Shown here: piece by piece, positions 63,296-64,000 of the stretch
Layout: each line of letters opens with the position of its first letter
How positions within the stretch are numbered: the stretch's first letter is position 1
Assembly: GCA_902806405.1 (NCBI GenBank)
Contig: CADCWL010000011.1
Coordinates: forward strand, 16,464 to 80,463
Direction: 5' to 3'
Length of the DNA: 64,000 nt
Source: an uncultured Thermomicrobiales bacterium
Lineage (GTDB): Bacteria; Chloroflexota; Chloroflexia; Thermomicrobiales; UBA6265
Notes under the pieces: model-generated
What the model was told of the DNA's origin: nothing
The model's database searches: none
Seen by the model: the letters and a program-made list of their open reading frames with translations, nothing else
Translations under genes and position numbers: made by a program

Positions 63296-63751
63296 ATGAA
63301 GGCAGGCATTCACCCCACCTACGTCGAAGCGACCGTCACCTGCGCCTGCGGGAACAGCTTCACGACCCGTTCCACCAAGCCGCAGCTGCGAACCGACCTC
63401 TGTGGCGAGTGCCACCCGTTCTACACGGGCGAGCAGCGCATCGTTGACTCCGCCGGCCAGGTCGAGCGCTTCATGCGTCGAATGGAGACCGCAGCGGGCG
63501 CGACCCGTCCGTCGAAGCGACAGCAGCGGCTGGCCACGCGCGCGACGGCGCTCGAGGCGCAGCGACGGCGCGAAGACGCGTCCCCGGTCGATCTCCTCGA
63601 CGAGGAGAACGAGACGGACGCGCAGCGGGCCGCCCGCTCGGACGGCCGCGGCGGGGCGGAGGCGCCGATCCTTCCGACCCCGGTCCAGCCCGACGCCGTG
63701 GCCGCCGGTGTGGCGGTCACCACGGACGAGCGCCAGGCGGCGACGACCTAG
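63296..63751 (+). CDS. rpmE: 50S ribosomal protein L31 (Zn-ribbon type) with long C-terminal extension
   Basis: [22 protein letters not shown]...[10 protein letters not shown] carries the CxC...CxxC zinc form of L31. About 80 additional charged or low-complexity residues follow. Confidence 0.85.
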   Translation: MKAGIHPTYVEATVTCACGNSFTTRSTKPQLRTDLCGECHPFYTGEQRIVDSAGQVERFMRRMETAAGATRPSKRQQRLATRATALEAQRRREDASPVDLLDEENETDAQRAARSDGRGGAEAPILPTPVQPDAVAAGVAVTTDERQAATT

Positions 63752-63780
63752 CGGTCGACGGAGAGACGAAGATCTGGTGA

Positions 63781-63831
63781 ACGAGGTCGGGAGGACGGCG
63801 GTGGTCATTGCCGCCGCTCTCCCGACCTCGT
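63781..63831 (+). terminator. Terminator-like hairpin after rpmE
   Basis: ACGAGGTCGGGAG (63781-63793) pairs perfectly with CTCCCGACCTCGT (63819-63831), with inner GGCGG/CCGCC pairing. No clear T-run follows. Confidence 0.45.
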
Positions 63832-63893
63832 CCGATTAGCCTTCCCCGGAACGCTGCCGTGGCAGTCGCCTCCGAGAGAGGCAGGAGGATCCC

Positions 63894-64000
63894 GTGGTCG
63901 AATCGAACGAGGCGGCCGACAACACGGAGGGGACGGTCGTCGCTTTCATCGAGATTCCCCGTGGGAGCCGCAACAAGTACGAATACGACCCTGCGACCGG
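63894..64000 (+). CDS. ppa: Inorganic pyrophosphatase (5' partial, runs off window)
   Basis: GTG 63894 lies 5 nt after AGGAGG. The translation ...VVAFIEIPRGSRNKYEYDPAT matches the family I PPase N-terminus. Confidence 0.8.
   Translation, partial: MVESNEAADNTEGTVVAFIEIPRGSRNKYEYDPAT

Overview
The window is a very GC-rich, gene-dense bacterial chromosomal segment; third codon positions are almost always G or C, and no GC percentage was computed. I support about 55 protein-coding genes. I recognised no rRNA, tRNA, CRISPR array, transposase, integrase or prophage gene. The high GC content produces many long Arg/Pro/Gly-rich shadow ORFs in the six-frame track. I chose real frames by recognisable family motifs, Shine-Dalgarno sequences and ATGA/GTGA coupling, and I trimmed many ORF starts; start codons are the least certain part of each call.

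Content from left to right:
- A 1276-aa secreted modular protein of unknown function sits divergent from a VWA-domain protein.
- mug follows, then a sugar or sugar-acid cluster: Gfo/Idh/MocA, ThuA-like, FAD oxidase, SDR, an enolase-superfamily dehydratase, and a YtfQRT/YjfF-like ABC transporter.
- Next come a double-length M16 peptidase, a small zinc-ribbon protein divergent from a GT20 sugar-phosphate synthase, and a second sugar cluster (ribokinase, TIM-barrel isomerase, and a CUT1-type ABC binding protein with two permeases).
- An SRPBCC protein, a small acidic protein and a Zn-ADH form a coupled trio.
- A minus-strand cluster runs PucR regulator, JAMM protease, DinB-like, NTF2-like, LutB-LutA fusion, HAD hydrolase, orphan family-5 binding protein. 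An ECF-S-like membrane protein lies divergent from it.
- Class II ribonucleotide reductase nrdJ has NrdR-box-like repeats over its promoter.
- cysK and the molybdopterin genes follow (moaD-moaE fusion, moeA, and further on moaC).
- The remainder holds rel, a PfkB kinase, lgt, a lipoprotein cytochrome c, dnaA, pepA, a fused SdhD/SdhC-like membrane protein, a frameshifted histidine phosphatase, a FAH-family enzyme with an orphan ABC ATPase, manA, rplU-rpmA, rpmE and the 5' end of ppa.

Nothing here matches a described defence or mobile system. The most unusual items, all hypotheses only, are:
- the giant secreted protein paired with the VWA protein;
- the PucR/JAMM/DinB/NTF2 cluster, considered together with the MoaD-MoaE fusion that needs cleavage after an internal Gly-Gly;
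- the orphan, order-swapped SdhD-SdhC fusion;
- dnaA in non-canonical synteny beside a 548-bp structured, DnaA-box-free spacer;
- the long extensions on L21, L27 and L31.
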